Origin: the human T2T-CHM13v2.0 reference genome, Homo sapiens
DNA length: 64,000 bases
Direction: 5' to 3' (one strand)
Assembly (NCBI RefSeq): GCF_009914755.1
Contig: NC_060937.1
Every line of letters begins with the position of its first letter. The first letter of the stretch is position 1. The position numbers were made by a program, and so were the translations under genes. The notes beneath the pieces are model-generated. The model made no database searches, was not told where the DNA came from, and saw nothing but the letters and a program-made list of their open reading frames with translations. Positions 62,121-64,000 of the stretch are shown one piece after another.

Positions 62121-64000
62121 ATATTATATACTGTACATGAAATATCAAAGTTCACAAACTATATATTATATACTGTACATAAAATATCAAAGTACCCAAG
62201 GTATATATTCTATTCTCTACAAAAAATATCAAAGTACCCAAAGCATGTATTATATACGGTACATGAAATATGAAAGTACATCAAATATATATTTAATTCT
62301 GTACATAAAATATCAAAGTACACCAAATATATATTCTATAGTGTACATAAGATATCAAAGTACCCAAACTATATATTATATACTGTACATAAAGTATGAA
62401 ATTACATCAAATATATATTATATTAGGTACATAAAATATGAAAGTACATCAAATATAAATTATATACTGTACATAAAGTACCAAATACCCCAAATATATA
62501 TTATATACTCTACATGAAATATCAAAGTTCACAAACTATATATTATATACTGTACATAAAATATCAAAGTACCCAAGGTATATATTCTATACTCTACAAA
62601 AAATATCAAAGTACCCAAAGCATGTATTATATACGGTACATAAAATATGAAAGTACATCAAATATATATTTAATTCTGTACATAAAATATCAAAGTACAC
62701 CAAATATATATTCTATAGTGTACATAAAATATCAAAGTACCCAAACTATACATTATATACTGTTAATAAAATATGAAAGTACATAAAATATATATATTAT
62801 TCTGTACATAAAATATCAAAGTACACCAAATATATATTCTATAGTGTACATAAGATATCAAAGTACCCAAACTATACATTATATACTGTACATAAAATAT
62901 GAAATTACATCAAATATATATTATATTAGGTACATAAAATATGAAAGTACATCAAATATAAATTATATACTGTACATAAAGTACCAAATACCCCAAATAT
63001 ATATTATATACTCTACATGAAATATCAAAGTTCACAAACTATATATTATATACTGTACATAAAATATCAAAGTACCCAAGGTATATATTCAATACTCTAC
63101 AAAAAATATCAAAGTACCCAAAGCATGTATTATATACGGTACATAAAATATGAAAGTACATCAAATATATATTTAATTCTGTACATAAAATATCAAAGTA
63201 CACCAAATATATATTCTATAGTGTACATAAAATATCAAAGTACCCAAACTATACATTATATACTGTACATAAAATATGAAATTACATCAAATATATATTA
63301 TATTAGGTACATAAAATATGAAAGTACATCAAATATAGATTATATACTGTACATAAAATACCAAAGTACCCCAAATACATATTATATACTGTACATGAAA
63401 TATCAAAGTTCACAAACTATATATTATATTCTGTACATAAAATATCAAAGTACACCAATTATATGTTCTATAGTGTACATAAAATATCAAAGTACCCAAA
63501 CTATACATTATATACTGTACATAAAATATGAAATTACATCAAATATATATTATATTAGGTACATAAAATATGAAAGTACATCAAATATAGATTATATACT
63601 GTACATAAAATACCAAAGTACCCCAAATACATATTATATACTGTACATGAAATATCAAAGTTCACAAACTATATATTATATACTGTACATAAAATATCAA
63701 AGTACCCAAGGTATATATTCTATACTGTACAAAAAATATGAAAGTACCCAAAGCATGTATTATATACTGTACATAAAATATGAAAGTATATCAAATAAAT
63801 ATTTTATTCTGTACATAAAATATCAAAGTACACCAAATATATATTCTATAGTGTACATAAGATATCAAAGTACCCAAACTATATATTATATACTGTACAT
63901 AAAGTATGAAATTACATCAAATATATATTATATTAGGTACATAAAATATGAAAGTACATCAAATATAAATTATATACTGTACATAAAGTACCAAATACCC
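62121..64000 (+). repeat. Copy of core segment ~35470-37349 (offset 26,651 bp), running off the right edge
   Basis: The 90-aa ORF at 62514 is identical to that at 35863. The private SNP TATTCAATACTC is at 36440 and 63091. Both the +126 and -126 monomer rearrangements are reproduced, and the last 20 bases equal 37330-37349. Confidence 0.9.

Larger units (their letters stand above)
1..64000 (+). repeat. Human satellite 1A (HSat1A / SAR / classical satellite I) tandem array, 42-bp monomer, single orientation
   Basis: Continuous 42-bp period: TGTACAT(A/G)AAATAT(C/G)AAAGT recurs every 42 bp and the ORF peptides repeat every 14 aa. GTAC sites divide the monomer into 17-bp (ACATAAAATATCAAAGT) and 25-bp parts, the classical satellite I A/B RsaI units. 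A 378-bp 9-mer higher-order unit is present. Family assignment is from recall of the consensus, not a database search. Confidence 0.95.

Noticed and set aside
161-62786. Long + strand Tyr/Ile/Lys-rich ORFs (up to 588 aa at 60751-62517)
   Set aside because: The 42-bp monomer is a multiple of 3 and stop-free in one frame, so long ORFs are automatic. Frameshifts and stops are fixed and amplified in the youngest units, the longest ORFs lie in the most degraded region, and there is no gene context.
1-64000. CRISPR-like repeat-spacer appearance (conserved TGTACATAAAATATCAAAGTAC plus variable part)
   Set aside because: The variable parts are homologous to each other and cycle with period 9 or 14. 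There are no unique spacers, leader or cas genes.
1-64000. Strand inversion, transposon insertion or CENP-B box
   Set aside because: None seen. The A-rich orientation is constant, no non-satellite sequence was found, and CpG-containing CENP-B motifs are absent.
1-64000. TATA-like tracts, TGTACA palindromes and steroid-receptor-like half-sites (AGTACA/GGTACA) as promoters or regulatory sites
   Set aside because: Expected from the monomer composition. No inverted half-site pair with 3-bp spacing and no long perfect hairpins were evident.
1-64000. Assignment to a specific chromosome or species haplotype
   Set aside because: HSat1A occurs at several human loci, and no unique flanking sequence is present. 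This needs alignment to T2T assemblies.

Overview
The whole 64-kb window is one uninterrupted, single-orientation, very AT-rich tandem array of a 42-bp monomer (consensus about ACATAAAATATCAAAGT-ACCCAAACTATATATTATATACTGT, with two GTAC/RsaI sites splitting it 17+25 bp). This matches human satellite 1A (HSat1A/SAR, classical satellite I). I see no genes, transposons or unique sequence. Every ORF in the track is an artefact of a 42-bp (14-codon) monomer that is stop-free in one frame. The interest lies in the nested architecture. I label the monomers of the 378-bp 9-mer M1-M9 by their translations: M1 MKYQSSQTIYYILY, M2 IKYQSTQGIYSILY, M3 KKYQSTQSMYYILY, M4 IKYESTSNIYFILY, M5 IKYQSTPNIYSIVY, M6 IKYQSTQTIHYILY, M7 IKYEITSNIYYIRY, M8 IKYESTSNIDYILY, M9 IKYQSTPNIYYILY. 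Domains: (1) 1-16093 is a 587-bp 14-mer higher-order repeat (M1,6,7,8,9 + M1-9 with a 1-bp deletion) with its own super-periods of 1174, 1761, 3018 and 4109 bp. (2) 16094-~19500 is divergent 378-bp 9-mers. (3) ~19500-46990 is a homogeneous mosaic of about 5 9-mer variants, with periods 1889/2645 collapsing to 755/377. (4) ~46990-62120 is divergent 9-mers related to domain 2. (5) ~62120-64000 is a copy of ~35470-37349 at an offset of 26,651 bp. The + strand also carries roughly 5-6 canonical Pumilio elements (TGTACATA) per 378 bp. All periods were read by eye from ORF-start spacings and diagnostic variants, not from computed alignments.
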